From positions 916 through 64,915 of the forward strand of contig CAKRQL010000001.1 in assembly GCA_934393265.1 (NCBI GenBank): a DNA stretch of 64,000 bases, read 5' to 3'. This DNA is from an uncultured Eubacteriales bacterium (GTDB taxonomy: Bacteria; Bacillota; Clostridia; Oscillospirales; CAG-272). A program made the translations under genes and the position numbers. Of the stretch, positions 57,061 through 64,000 are shown piece by piece (within the stretch, counting starts at the first letter, position 1; every line of letters starts with the position of its first letter). The notes under the pieces are model-generated. The model was not told the DNA's origin. It searched no databases and saw only the letters and a program-made list of their open reading frames with translations.

Positions 57061-57408
57061 ATTTTTTGACTTCCCCTTCGGAAGAGTGATTTTTATTTTC
57101 CATGCCGGACTATTATACTCCTTTCCCAGACTATTTTCAAGTAGTGAAACAAACATTTTTGCCGTCTTTTGCGAATTGTATAAATTATGCAGAACCGGTT
57201 TTAGCTTTTTGCATGTATCGGTGCAAATATGTTATGTTTTATTTACATTTTACGCATCCGATTATATCTTTATATTGGTAGTTTCTTGTTTTCTCCCGAA
57301 ATATACTCGCCGAATGTAGATAAAAATATCAACCAAAGTCCGGGTGCTTGACATATTGCAAAAAAAAAGCGACTCGCAAAAACTTTCTGAAAATTCTGAA
57401 AAATCCAC

Positions 57409-57437
57409 TTGACAAGCGGTTTTCCGTATGCTATACT
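57409..57437 (+). promoter_or_regulatory. Sigma-A promoter of the heme-type operon
   Basis: TTGACA, 17 nt, TATACT. Confidence 0.6.
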
Positions 57438-57448
57438 TTTCCCGTTGA

Positions 57449-57464
57449 GTTAGCATAGGCTAAC
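57449..57464. promoter_or_regulatory. Operator-like palindrome 1
   Basis: GTTAGC-ATAG-GCTAAC, 12 nt downstream of the -10. Confidence 0.5.
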
Positions 57465-57529
57465 GTTAATGTCGGCACAAGGACGAGGATTTTATTCCTG
57501 CCGGTACCGGCTTATTTTTCAGAACAACG

Positions 57530-57545
57530 GTTAGCGTATGCTAAC
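57530..57545. promoter_or_regulatory. Operator-like palindrome 2
   Basis: GTTAGC-GTAT-GCTAAC, just upstream of the AAGGAG RBS of the first gene. Confidence 0.5.
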
Positions 57546-57565
57546 TTATAAAAGGAGCAAAAAAA

Positions 57566-58120
57566 ATGAGTACCCTTACCGAAAAAGAAAATCAGTCAGA
57601 CCTCTCAAAAACAGTCGTTATAATCTTCTCCACCATTACGGGGAACGCCTACAAGCTCGCCGCCGCGGCGGCGGAGGCAGTGCCGGATCATGTGGGTCCC
57701 TACAACATCCGCTACATAACCGATGAGGTTATAGAAAAATTCGACACATTTGTCCTCTCCTACTGGTGCAACCACGGGACGGCGGACGACGACACAATAG
57801 AGCTCATATCCCGTATGCGTGGAAAGAGGCTTATAGTTATCGGCACGCTCGGCGTCGCGACGGACACGGCGCATGCCAAAAAGGTGTGCGAGAATGTCAT
57901 AGCACTCGCCTCTGAGCACAATACCCTGCTCGGTCACTATCTCTGTCGCGGCAGCATAGACCTGCGCCGCACGTTCGCAAGAACAAGAATCCCCGAGGGC
58001 GAAAAGGGGCATCTTTCCATGGAGCGTTTTGAAAAGCAGAAGGAATCTCTCGGTCATCCGAACGCCGGGGAGCTCGCAGGGGCGCGGGAGGCAGTCCGGG
58101 AGTTTCTTGAAAAAGCATGA
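57566..58120 (+). CDS. Flavodoxin-like protein
   Basis: VVIIFSTITGNAYKLA is a flavodoxin-type N-terminal loop. The protein is 184 aa and is the first gene of the operon. Confidence 0.7.
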   Translation: MSTLTEKENQSDLSKTVVIIFSTITGNAYKLAAAAAEAVPDHVGPYNIRYITDEVIEKFDTFVLSYWCNHGTADDDTIELISRMRGKRLIVIGTLGVATDTAHAKKVCENVIALASEHNTLLGHYLCRGSIDLRRTFARTRIPEGEKGHLSMERFEKQKESLGHPNAGELAGAREAVREFLEKA

Positions 58121-59169
58121 AAAAAGAAGGCGTCATAAATAACATCCCGAGAGCTTCCGCAGTGTCTCCCGTCTCCGTCGGGCGAAAAATTTCACGGCTG
58201 GTCACAATCGCGGTATTCGGCGTACTATCGCTCCTCTCGGTTCTTATATGCACCGGGATAGGCAGCGTCAAGCTACCGATTGCGGACGTGGCAAAGGCGA
58301 TATTTATAGACGACGGGAGCATGGCGCGCCTGCTCGTCTGGAATCTGCGGTTTCCGCGCGTGCTTGTCGGGGGGCTCGTCGGCGTGTGCCTCTCCCTCTC
58401 CGGCTGTATACTTCAGGGAGTTATGCGCAACACGATGGCGTCGCCCTCGACGATTGGAGTTACCGGCGGGGCGAGCTTTATCGGATATCTCACGCTCGTT
58501 GCATTTCCCGCTTACTCTCACCTTCTTCCGATAGGCTCAATAATCGGCGCATTTGTGACAACCATGCTGATATATGCTCTTGCGTTTCAGCGTGGAGTCT
58601 CGCCCGTCAAGATGATACTCTCCGGTATGGCTGTGTCTGCCCTGTTCGGTGCGTTCAATGACATTATAAAGACGTTCTTCGCGTCATCTCTCGGCAACGC
58701 CTCAGGCTTTCTTGTCGGCGGACTTAACGGCGTCGGCTGGTCAAGCTTTCGTATGATTATCCCGTATGCGGCGGCAGGCATCTTCATATGTGCGTTTCTC
58801 CCTTCGAGAATGAACATACTCATGCTCGGAGATGAGACGGCAAACTCACTTGGTCTGAGAACGGAATTATTTCGCTTCTTCCTTATAGCGATATCCTCAC
58901 TGCTTGCAGGTGCGGCGATTTCGGTCGCCGGGCTTATCAGCTTTGTCGGGCTCGTTGTACCTCATATTGCAAGGCTGCTCGTCGGCTCGGACTACAAGTA
59001 TCTCTTCCCCGCCTCGGCGTTGCTCGGTTTCTCTCTCGTCTGTATCTGTGACACGGTGGGGCGGGTAATTCTCCCACCCGGTGAGATGCCGGTCAGTATT
59101 ATTCTTTCATTCATCGGTGCGCCGTTCTTTCTGTATCTTCTGCGCACACGCGAGGGAAAGAGGGGGTGA
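58117..59169 (+). CDS. FecCD-family ABC permease (iron-siderophore/heme/B12 type)
   Basis: About 10 TM helices. RFPRVLVGGLVG and GPIGFVGL-like (ISFVGLVVPHIARLLVG) motifs. ATGA overlap with the upstream gene. Confidence 0.9.
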   Translation: MKKEGVINNIPRASAVSPVSVGRKISRLVTIAVFGVLSLLSVLICTGIGSVKLPIADVAKAIFIDDGSMARLLVWNLRFPRVLVGGLVGVCLSLSGCILQGVMRNTMASPSTIGVTGGASFIGYLTLVAFPAYSHLLPIGSIIGAFVTTMLIYALAFQRGVSPVKMILSGMAVSALFGAFNDIIKTFFASSLGNASGFLVGGLNGVGWSSFRMIIPYAAAGIFICAFLPSRMNILMLGDETANSLGLRTELFRFFLIAISSLLAGAAISVAGLISFVGLVVPHIARLLVGSDYKYLFPASALLGFSLVCICDTVGRVILPPGEMPVSIILSFIGAPFFLYLLRTREGKRG

Positions 59170-59173
59170 GATA

Positions 59174-59965
59174 ATGTATTTCGGATTTCAGGACATTTAT
59201 GCTTCCTACGGCAAAAAAGAGATACTCCGCGGGCTGACGCTCGATATTCCGCGCGGAAAGATAGTAACACTTATCGGACAAAACGGATGCGGGAAGTCCA
59301 CCCTCTTAAAAACAGTCTCAAAGGCAGTTATACCGAAGAGTGGCAAAGTAGTATATCTTGACAAAAAGCTCTCGTCATATCCTCCAAAGCAGCTTGCGCA
59401 GAAGATTGCATATCTCTCACAGGTGCATGAGTCACCTCCTGACATAGATGTCAGAACGCTCGTTTCTTACGGCAGATTCCCCCACTCACGCTTCGGGCGC
59501 GGGCTGACGGCGGAGGACGGAGAGATAATTGACCGCGCGCTCGCCCTCACGGGGCTCACACATCTGAAAGACCGTATTCTGGCTACCCTCTCCGGCGGAG
59601 AGCGACAGCGGGCATGGATAGCCATGACGATAGCACAGGAGCCGGAAATACTCATTCTCGACGAGCCGACAACATATCTCGATATCAGCTACCAGGTCGA
59701 GGTGCTCGAGCTTGTACAGCGGCTGAACCGCGAGCTTGGTATCACGATTGTCATGGTTCTGCATGACATCAATCTTGCTGCCCGTTACTCTGATTATTTA
59801 GCGGCGATACGCGACGGAATCCTATTTACGAAGGGGACTCCGGAGGATGTTGTGACGGAGGAAAATCTCAGAAGCATTTTCAAGATTGAGGCTGCCGTTT
59901 ACCGCGATCTGATACACGGGTGCCCATATTTTATTCCGCAAAGGACAACCTTTGATATAAAGTAA
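59174..59965 (+). CDS. ABC transporter ATP-binding protein (FepC/HmuV-like)
   Basis: Walker A GQNGCGKSTLLK, signature LSGGERQR, Walker B ILILDEPT. Start set at MYFGFQD. Confidence 0.9.
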   Translation: MYFGFQDIYASYGKKEILRGLTLDIPRGKIVTLIGQNGCGKSTLLKTVSKAVIPKSGKVVYLDKKLSSYPPKQLAQKIAYLSQVHESPPDIDVRTLVSYGRFPHSRFGRGLTAEDGEIIDRALALTGLTHLKDRILATLSGGERQRAWIAMTIAQEPEILILDEPTTYLDISYQVEVLELVQRLNRELGITIVMVLHDINLAARYSDYLAAIRDGILFTKGTPEDVVTEENLRSIFKIEAAVYRDLIHGCPYFIPQRTTFDIK

Positions 59966-59985
59966 AAGAACAGGAGAAAACAAAA

Positions 59986-61140
59986 ATGAAGAAAATCTTT
60001 GCACTGCTTCTCTGCCTCTGCCTGCTGGCAGGCGCGCTCACCGCATGTAGAAGTACAACGCCGGACGGCGGGGGCAACAAGGCTGACAACGGGGACAACA
60101 AGCAAGACAGCAACGGGAACAACACTCCGTCCGACGGAAATGATGACGGCAACGAGGCACTCAAAGCCGCGCTCAGAGCCGAATTTCTAAAGAGCGCGGA
60201 TGAGGTAACCGTCAGCGACGACTCCGTTACCTTCAAGGATGCGACATCCACCGACGGCTCTACCGTTACGGTAAAGAAAAATCCCGGCAAGGTAGTAAAT
60301 CTCTACGGCAGCTTCACCACTCTCTGGTACGAGGCCGGCGGCACAGTCATCGGATGCATAGGCGGCGACAGCTCGCAGGCATTGTACGTAGAATACATAG
60401 GAAGAGACATCACGACAGACGATGGCATGACGGTGGTTGCCACATCCTCTGCCGGAAAGAGGTGGGACACCGAGAACATAATTTCACTCAAGCCTGATCT
60501 CATCATCTGCTCCACGGCTATGAGCGGATATTCCACAATCAATGGTCCGGCAACGGAGGCGGGAATACGTGTTATCGCCGTCAATTATGACGATTTCTCT
60601 GATTATCTCAAATGGTTCAAGGTATTCTGCAATCTCTCCGGTCACGCCGAGCTCTGGGACAGCGTCGCCATGAAGGCTCTCAATGATGTCGTCGATGTAC
60701 TCTGTGAGATACCCGACGGAAATGCCCCGCGCGTATTCAGCATGTTCTCGAATGCTAAAGCCCTTGAAGCCAACACCTCCATGACGGTTGTCGGCGGGAT
60801 GATCGGCGCAATGAAGGCGCACAACATCGTCGACGACTGGGAGAATGCCGCAGGTGACGACCGCCTGACGATAAACCTTGAGACCGTATTTGCGGCAAAT
60901 CCGGATATTATTATAATTCAGTGCCACGCGGGGACCGACGTTGCGAGAGAGCAGGTCGAGGCTACATACGGAGACAACCCGGTCTGGCAGTCGCTGAATG
61001 CGGTGAAAAACGGAAAGGTATTTTATCTTGAAAAGTCGCTCTTCCATAACAAGCCGAACAGTCGCTTTGCGGTAGCGTATCAGCGGCTCGCGGAAATTCT
61101 TTATCCAGATGTCAGCTTCTCTTTCAAGAGCGAGGGCTGA
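59986..61140 (+). CDS. ABC substrate-binding lipoprotein (Peripla_BP_2 class)
   Basis: Lipobox LLAGALTAC, a low-complexity N/D/G linker, then a class III binding-protein fold (PDLIICS, NPDIIIIQ). Confidence 0.85.
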   Translation: MKKIFALLLCLCLLAGALTACRSTTPDGGGNKADNGDNKQDSNGNNTPSDGNDDGNEALKAALRAEFLKSADEVTVSDDSVTFKDATSTDGSTVTVKKNPGKVVNLYGSFTTLWYEAGGTVIGCIGGDSSQALYVEYIGRDITTDDGMTVVATSSAGKRWDTENIISLKPDLIICSTAMSGYSTINGPATEAGIRVIAVNYDDFSDYLKWFKVFCNLSGHAELWDSVAMKALNDVVDVLCEIPDGNAPRVFSMFSNAKALEANTSMTVVGGMIGAMKAHNIVDDWENAAGDDRLTINLETVFAANPDIIIIQCHAGTDVAREQVEATYGDNPVWQSLNAVKNGKVFYLEKSLFHNKPNSRFAVAYQRLAEILYPDVSFSFKSEG

Positions 61141-62393
61141 TGTTTACCGAGCGGTATAAAAGCCACCACGACGCATCGCGTAACCTCAAAAGCCGCTACA
61201 CCTCCGGCACCGCGGGAGCAGATTATCTCTCCGCGGTGCTCGCCGGAGAGGCACAAAGCCGCCGTGTAATTTATCTTCACGTTCCGTTTTGCAACAAGGT
61301 TTGCTCGTTCTGCCCTTTTCACCGTCCGGATGAACTGAACCGGCGGGAATATCACAGGTATCTCATAGACGCGATACGAAAGGTGCAGGATTACCCGTAC
61401 ATGCGTGCGCCGATTGACGCTGTAAACTTCGGAGGCGGGACGCCGACATCGCTCTCCCCTGCGCAGATGAAAGCCGTACTTTCGGAGCTGCATAACAGCT
61501 TTCAGGTAGCTCCGGGCGCGGAGATCAGCGTCGAGACCTCAGCTACCGGGCTCTCCGACGAGATGATAGATGTTCTCCTTGACGGCGGTGTCAACCGTCT
61601 GTCCGTGGGAATACAAACCTTTGACGACGGGGCGCGCCGCCTGCTCGGCCGGAGGGGCGACGGAGAATTTGCCGCGTCCCGCGTGGCGGCGGCTATCCGC
61701 GCCGGAATACGGAATACGAGCGTCGACCTGATATACAACTATCCGGGGCAGACGAATGAGCAGCTGCAGGCGGATATCCGCACTATCGCGAAGCTCGATG
61801 CTGCGGGGATTTCATTTTACTCTCTGATGCTGCATGAAAAGACCCCGCTCTACCGTCGCCTCGATGATGAGACAAAGGCTAAAATGCAGGATCTGCGCCG
61901 TGAAAAGGAGCTCTTCGACATGATTCTCGACGGGCTCGCTCCCCATGGCTACAAAATGCTTGAGCTGACGAAGCTCGTAAAGGACGGGCGCGACCGGTAT
62001 GACTATATGGAAATACGGCACAGCGGCGGGAGCTGCATTGCGCTCGGTCATGGTGCGGGAGGCAACATAGAAAACTATTTCTACCACAATTCGGACACTG
62101 TGCCGGATATTTCGGAGAATGTGCGTATATGCTCACGCGGGCGTGTTCTGCTCCCGGAATTCAGGGTTCTCGACTCGCTTATCTATGCCCTGCAAAAGGG
62201 GCGCGCGCGTCTCGCACCATACTCGGAGCAGCTCGGAACTGACCTATTATCTATCTTCGGCGAAAAGCTCTCGCTCTTTTCGGAAGGGGGCTTTGTACAG
62301 GTCGACGGCGACGAGCTTACCCTGACGCGCGACGGCGCATTTTTCGGCAACAATATTATTTCGGAACTTATAGGCTGCATTACAGGCTGCTGA
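61140..62393 (+). CDS. HemN-family radical SAM enzyme, ChuW/HutW-like (candidate anaerobic heme-degrading methyltransferase)
   Basis: IYLHVPFCNKVCSFCPF (CxxxCxxC) and GGGTPT. 417 aa, embedded in a heme/iron-type ABC operon. Confidence 0.7.
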   Translation: MFTERYKSHHDASRNLKSRYTSGTAGADYLSAVLAGEAQSRRVIYLHVPFCNKVCSFCPFHRPDELNRREYHRYLIDAIRKVQDYPYMRAPIDAVNFGGGTPTSLSPAQMKAVLSELHNSFQVAPGAEISVETSATGLSDEMIDVLLDGGVNRLSVGIQTFDDGARRLLGRRGDGEFAASRVAAAIRAGIRNTSVDLIYNYPGQTNEQLQADIRTIAKLDAAGISFYSLMLHEKTPLYRRLDDETKAKMQDLRREKELFDMILDGLAPHGYKMLELTKLVKDGRDRYDYMEIRHSGGSCIALGHGAGGNIENYFYHNSDTVPDISENVRICSRGRVLLPEFRVLDSLIYALQKGRARLAPYSEQLGTDLLSIFGEKLSLFSEGGFVQVDGDELTLTRDGAFFGNNIISELIGCITGC

Positions 62394-62416
62394 AAAATCA
62401 AGGAAAGGAGCGGAAC

Positions 62417-62773
62417 ATGGAGCTTCATGCATCGGGAGAGGATTATCTGGAGGCGGTACTGATTATTGAGGAAAAGCATGGTGCGGCGCGCGCTGTCGAT
62501 ATTGCAGAGCACCTCGGAGTAAGCAAGCCGAGCGTCAGCCGCGCCGTTTCGCTTCTTAGGGAGGGCGGATTTCTGCGCTCGGCGGGCAATTTTCTCTATC
62601 TCACAGACGAGGGGCGGCAGGTCGCCGAAAAGATATATGAGCGGCACTGTTTTTTCAAGCGGCGGCTCATGGACGCGGGAGTTGACGAACGGACAGCCGA
62701 CAAGGAAGCCTGCCTGCTCGAGCACAGTCTGTCCGACGACAGCTTTGAAAAGCTGAAAAAGACCGCTACATAG
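62417..62773 (+). CDS. DtxR/MntR-family metal-dependent regulator (short form)
   Basis: SGEDYLEAVLIIEEKHGAARAVDIAEHLGVSKPSVSRAVSLLREGGFL. RBS is AAAGGAG. Confidence 0.8.
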   Translation: MELHASGEDYLEAVLIIEEKHGAARAVDIAEHLGVSKPSVSRAVSLLREGGFLRSAGNFLYLTDEGRQVAEKIYERHCFFKRRLMDAGVDERTADKEACLLEHSLSDDSFEKLKKTAT

Positions 62774-62787
62774 GCGGGAAAGATAAA

Positions 62788-62820
62788 ATCAGCCGGGGGT
62801 GACCCGGCTGATTTTTATTT
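62788..62820 (+). terminator. Rho-independent terminator of the operon
   Basis: ATCAGCCGGG-GGTGA-CCCGGCTGAT followed by TTTTATTT. Confidence 0.8.
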
Positions 62821-63015
62821 AGTTATGTAAGGTGTTCCGTATCTTGCGTAGTATTCTCCGGGGTGTCGGTTAAATCCAAATTCAAAAGACCCGCGTCATT
62901 CTTTTTTGCAGAAGAAAGTGCTCACAACGCATAAACGTTTTTTCGGCACTCAATTAACAGATTGGGAATTTTCCGAAACCGACAAAGCATTAGCACGGCA
63001 CTTGAAAAAAAGTAT

Positions 63016-63090
63016 AAAAAAACAAAAAAAGAAGATAGACCAGTCGGGAGTTACCCGGGTGACCAATGTTTCAGGTCTCATCTATCTTCT
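63016..63090 (-). ncRNA. Candidate small RNA A (closed hairpin plus U-tract)
   Basis: The predicted start (7th nt after the -10) is the first base of the 10-bp closing stem AGAAGATAGA/TCTATCTTCT (63030-63039 with 63081-63090). The interior is 41 nt. The minus-strand 3' tail is TTTTTTGTTTTTTT. Confidence 0.45.
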
Positions 63091-63197
63091 GCATATAGTA
63101 TACGCTACATTCTCGCAAAAGTCAACACTTAATTTTGAAAATCATCCCGGGGTGCGCAACCCGATATGATAAATATATTTGAAAGGACAAAGAAAAA
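63082..63197. repeat. Long conserved module, copy 1 (stem 3' arm, promoter, core, 5' region of the small ORF)
   Basis: Matches 63887-64000 with 3 differences over about 114 nt (805-bp period). Confidence 0.9.
63097..63125 (-). promoter_or_regulatory. Sigma-A promoter of candidate sRNA A
   Basis: The minus strand reads TTGACT, 17 nt (TTTGCGAGAATGTAGCG), TATACT. Confidence 0.55.
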
Positions 63198-63440
63198 ATG
63201 GCAGTAAAAAAGCGGTGGTTTCACAGAAAACGGACTTCTAAAAATCGCAAGCAGTATAGTGCTGCGGAAAAATTGGCTTATTATGAAAAGATGTCCGAAA
63301 AGCTCGGTCATGACTATGAATATGCGCATGACTCAAAATCCGCCTATTCTGTAGGTCATTATCAGGGGGCGAGTACCGCCTATCGAGATGTTACTTATGT
63401 CGGTACATATAACCCGATTTACACACTCGGACACTACTGA
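63198..63440 (+). CDS. Candidate small basic Tyr/His-rich protein (80 aa)
   Basis: MAVKKRWFHRKRTSKNRKQYSAAEKLAYYEKMSEKLGHDYEYAHDSKSAYSVGHYQGASTAYRDVTYVGTYNPIYTLGHY. A GAAAGGA RBS lies about 10 nt upstream. The 5' region is conserved in the next module copy. No plus-strand promoter was found. Confidence 0.4.
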   Translation: MAVKKRWFHRKRTSKNRKQYSAAEKLAYYEKMSEKLGHDYEYAHDSKSAYSVGHYQGASTAYRDVTYVGTYNPIYTLGHY

Positions 63441-63617
63441 CGGAGCGGAGAACATCAAGCTGAAACATAACATCGATAAAAATGACAACCGGGACTGCTA
63501 CATCAGACCTGTGGCTCAGATAGACAATAAAGAAAATTTTGAAGCTCCAAAGAAAAAATACCGGATACATGACAAAGATAAAACTTTGCTCGCAAAGCTT
63601 CTCGGCATGTTCCGGTG

Positions 63618-63690
63618 AAATAGAAAAAGGAAACGACCGCCATACAGCGCACTGCCACATCCGGATTTCTCCGGCAGACCCATCGTTTCC
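63618..63690 (-). ncRNA. Candidate small RNA B (closed hairpin plus U-tract)
   Basis: 8-bp closing stem GGAAACGA/TCGTTTCC (63629-63636 with 63683-63690), a 46-nt interior with the inner hairpin CCGGA-GAAA-TCCGG, and a minus-strand tail TTTTTCTATTT. Confidence 0.45.
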
Positions 63691-63697
63691 GTATCGT

Positions 63698-63726
63698 ATT
63701 TTATCATAGGTTTTCGCAAAAGTCAA
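63698..63726 (-). promoter_or_regulatory. Sigma-A promoter of candidate sRNA B
   Basis: The minus strand reads TTGACT, 17 nt (TTTGCGAAAACCTATGA), TAAAAT, with an extended -10 TG. Confidence 0.55.
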
Positions 63727-63767
63727 TACTTAATTTGAAAATCATTCCGGGGTGCGCAACCCGATAT
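63714..63767. repeat. 54-55-nt core element, copy 2
   Basis: TCGCAAAAGTCAATACTTAATTTGAAAATCATTCCGGGGTGCGCAACCCGATAT. The other copies are at 63113-63167 and 63918-63971. Confidence 0.9.
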
Positions 63768-63823
63768 AAGACTGGTCTTTTTCTTCAGAAGACCGCGCTG
63801 TTGTCCGGCATCACATAAAGAAG

Positions 63824-63895
63824 TATAAAAAAAGAAGATAGGCGAGGGGCGTATCTCATCCCCGTGGCGGTAAAACCGACCTACACCTATCTTCT
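63824..63895 (-). ncRNA. Candidate small RNA C (closed hairpin plus U-tract)
   Basis: 10-bp closing stem AGAAGATAGG/CCTATCTTCT (63833-63842 with 63886-63895). The 43-nt interior is unrelated to that of sRNA A. The minus-strand tail is TTTTTTATAC. Confidence 0.45.
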
Positions 63896-64000
63896 GCATA
63901 TAGTATACGCTACATTTTCGCAAAAGTCAACACTTAATTTGAAAATCATTCCGGGGTGCGCAACCCGATATGATAAATATATTTGAAAGGACAAAGAAAA
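63887..64000. repeat. Long conserved module, copy 2 (truncated by the window edge)
   Basis: Near-identical to 63082-63197. It ends at ...GAAAGGACAAAGAAAA, exactly where the small-ORF ATG would follow. Confidence 0.9.
63902..63930 (-). promoter_or_regulatory. Sigma-A promoter of candidate sRNA C
   Basis: The minus strand reads TTGACT, 17 nt (TTTGCGAAAATGTAGCG), TATACT. Confidence 0.55.

Noticed and set aside
57438-57565. Possible cobalamin or other riboswitch ahead of the FecCD/Peripla_BP_2 transporter operon
   Set aside because: The leader is only about 125 nt and lacks a B12-box or any riboswitch core I recognise. Two protein-operator-like palindromes explain it better.
62906-63169. TTG-initiated 87-aa ORF
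   Set aside because: It has no RBS. It spans the A-run, hairpin A and the conserved promoter/core element, so it is most likely non-coding.
63391-63726. Minus-strand 111-aa ORF (and the 66-aa ORF at 63129-63329) with hydrophobic translations
   Set aside because: The 111-aa ORF starts upstream of the predicted minus-strand transcription start and reads through the hairpin and U-tract. Its Phe/Ile richness is the mirror image of Lys/Glu/Asn codons on the plus strand. It cannot be fully excluded as a type I toxin-like frame (internal ATG at ~63662 after GGAG).
63016-63895. Short peptides starting at the AUGAGA shared by candidate sRNAs A and C
   Set aside because: The two reading frames cross the conserved stem and U-tract in different phases, giving unrelated peptides. 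There is no adequately spaced RBS.

Overview
This 64-kb window looks like a chromosomal segment from a GC-rich, anaerobic, spore-forming Firmicute. I infer class Clostridia from spoIVA, a trimeric [FeFe]-hydrogenase operon and the general character of the proteins; no database search was possible. Most of it is housekeeping: a CPBP protease, spoIVA, cysS, a very long ftsK/spoIIIE, a DJ-1 protein, an amidase, a TtcA-like PP-loop ATPase, cysE, tRNA-Ser, an Rrf2 regulator with cysK, gpmI, a type IIA topoisomerase B subunit, a class IV aminotransferase, hydCBA-type hydrogenase genes, HD and NUDIX hydrolases, tRNA-Gly and tRNA-Arg, rluA, and glmM plus an LbH acetyltransferase. Accessory or unusual content: (1) A stand-alone 1271-aa SF1 helicase with a C-terminal Vsr/DUF559-like nuclease fold. 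(2) Two adjacent giant envelope proteins of 2007 and about 1080 aa. The larger has a predicted cytoplasmic tail of about 715 aa that ends in a ribosomal uL15-like domain. (3) A flavodoxin, ABC importer, ChuW/HutW-like radical SAM and DtxR-family operon, likely for anaerobic heme uptake and degradation, with two GTTAGC-N4-GCTAAC palindromes in its leader. (4) An AT-rich array at the right edge, with an 805-bp period between its two long copies. Conserved minus-strand sigma-A promoters there fire directly into 61-63-nt closed hairpins followed by U-tracts, which I read as candidate tiny sRNAs, interleaved with a small basic Tyr/His-rich ORF. Also present are tRNA-derived fragments next to both tRNA loci, an HTH(XRE)-GlmM fusion, and several operator-like palindromes. 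I found no CRISPR array, rRNA, transposase or integrase. All promoter, terminator and operator calls come from reading the sequence by eye and are unverified.
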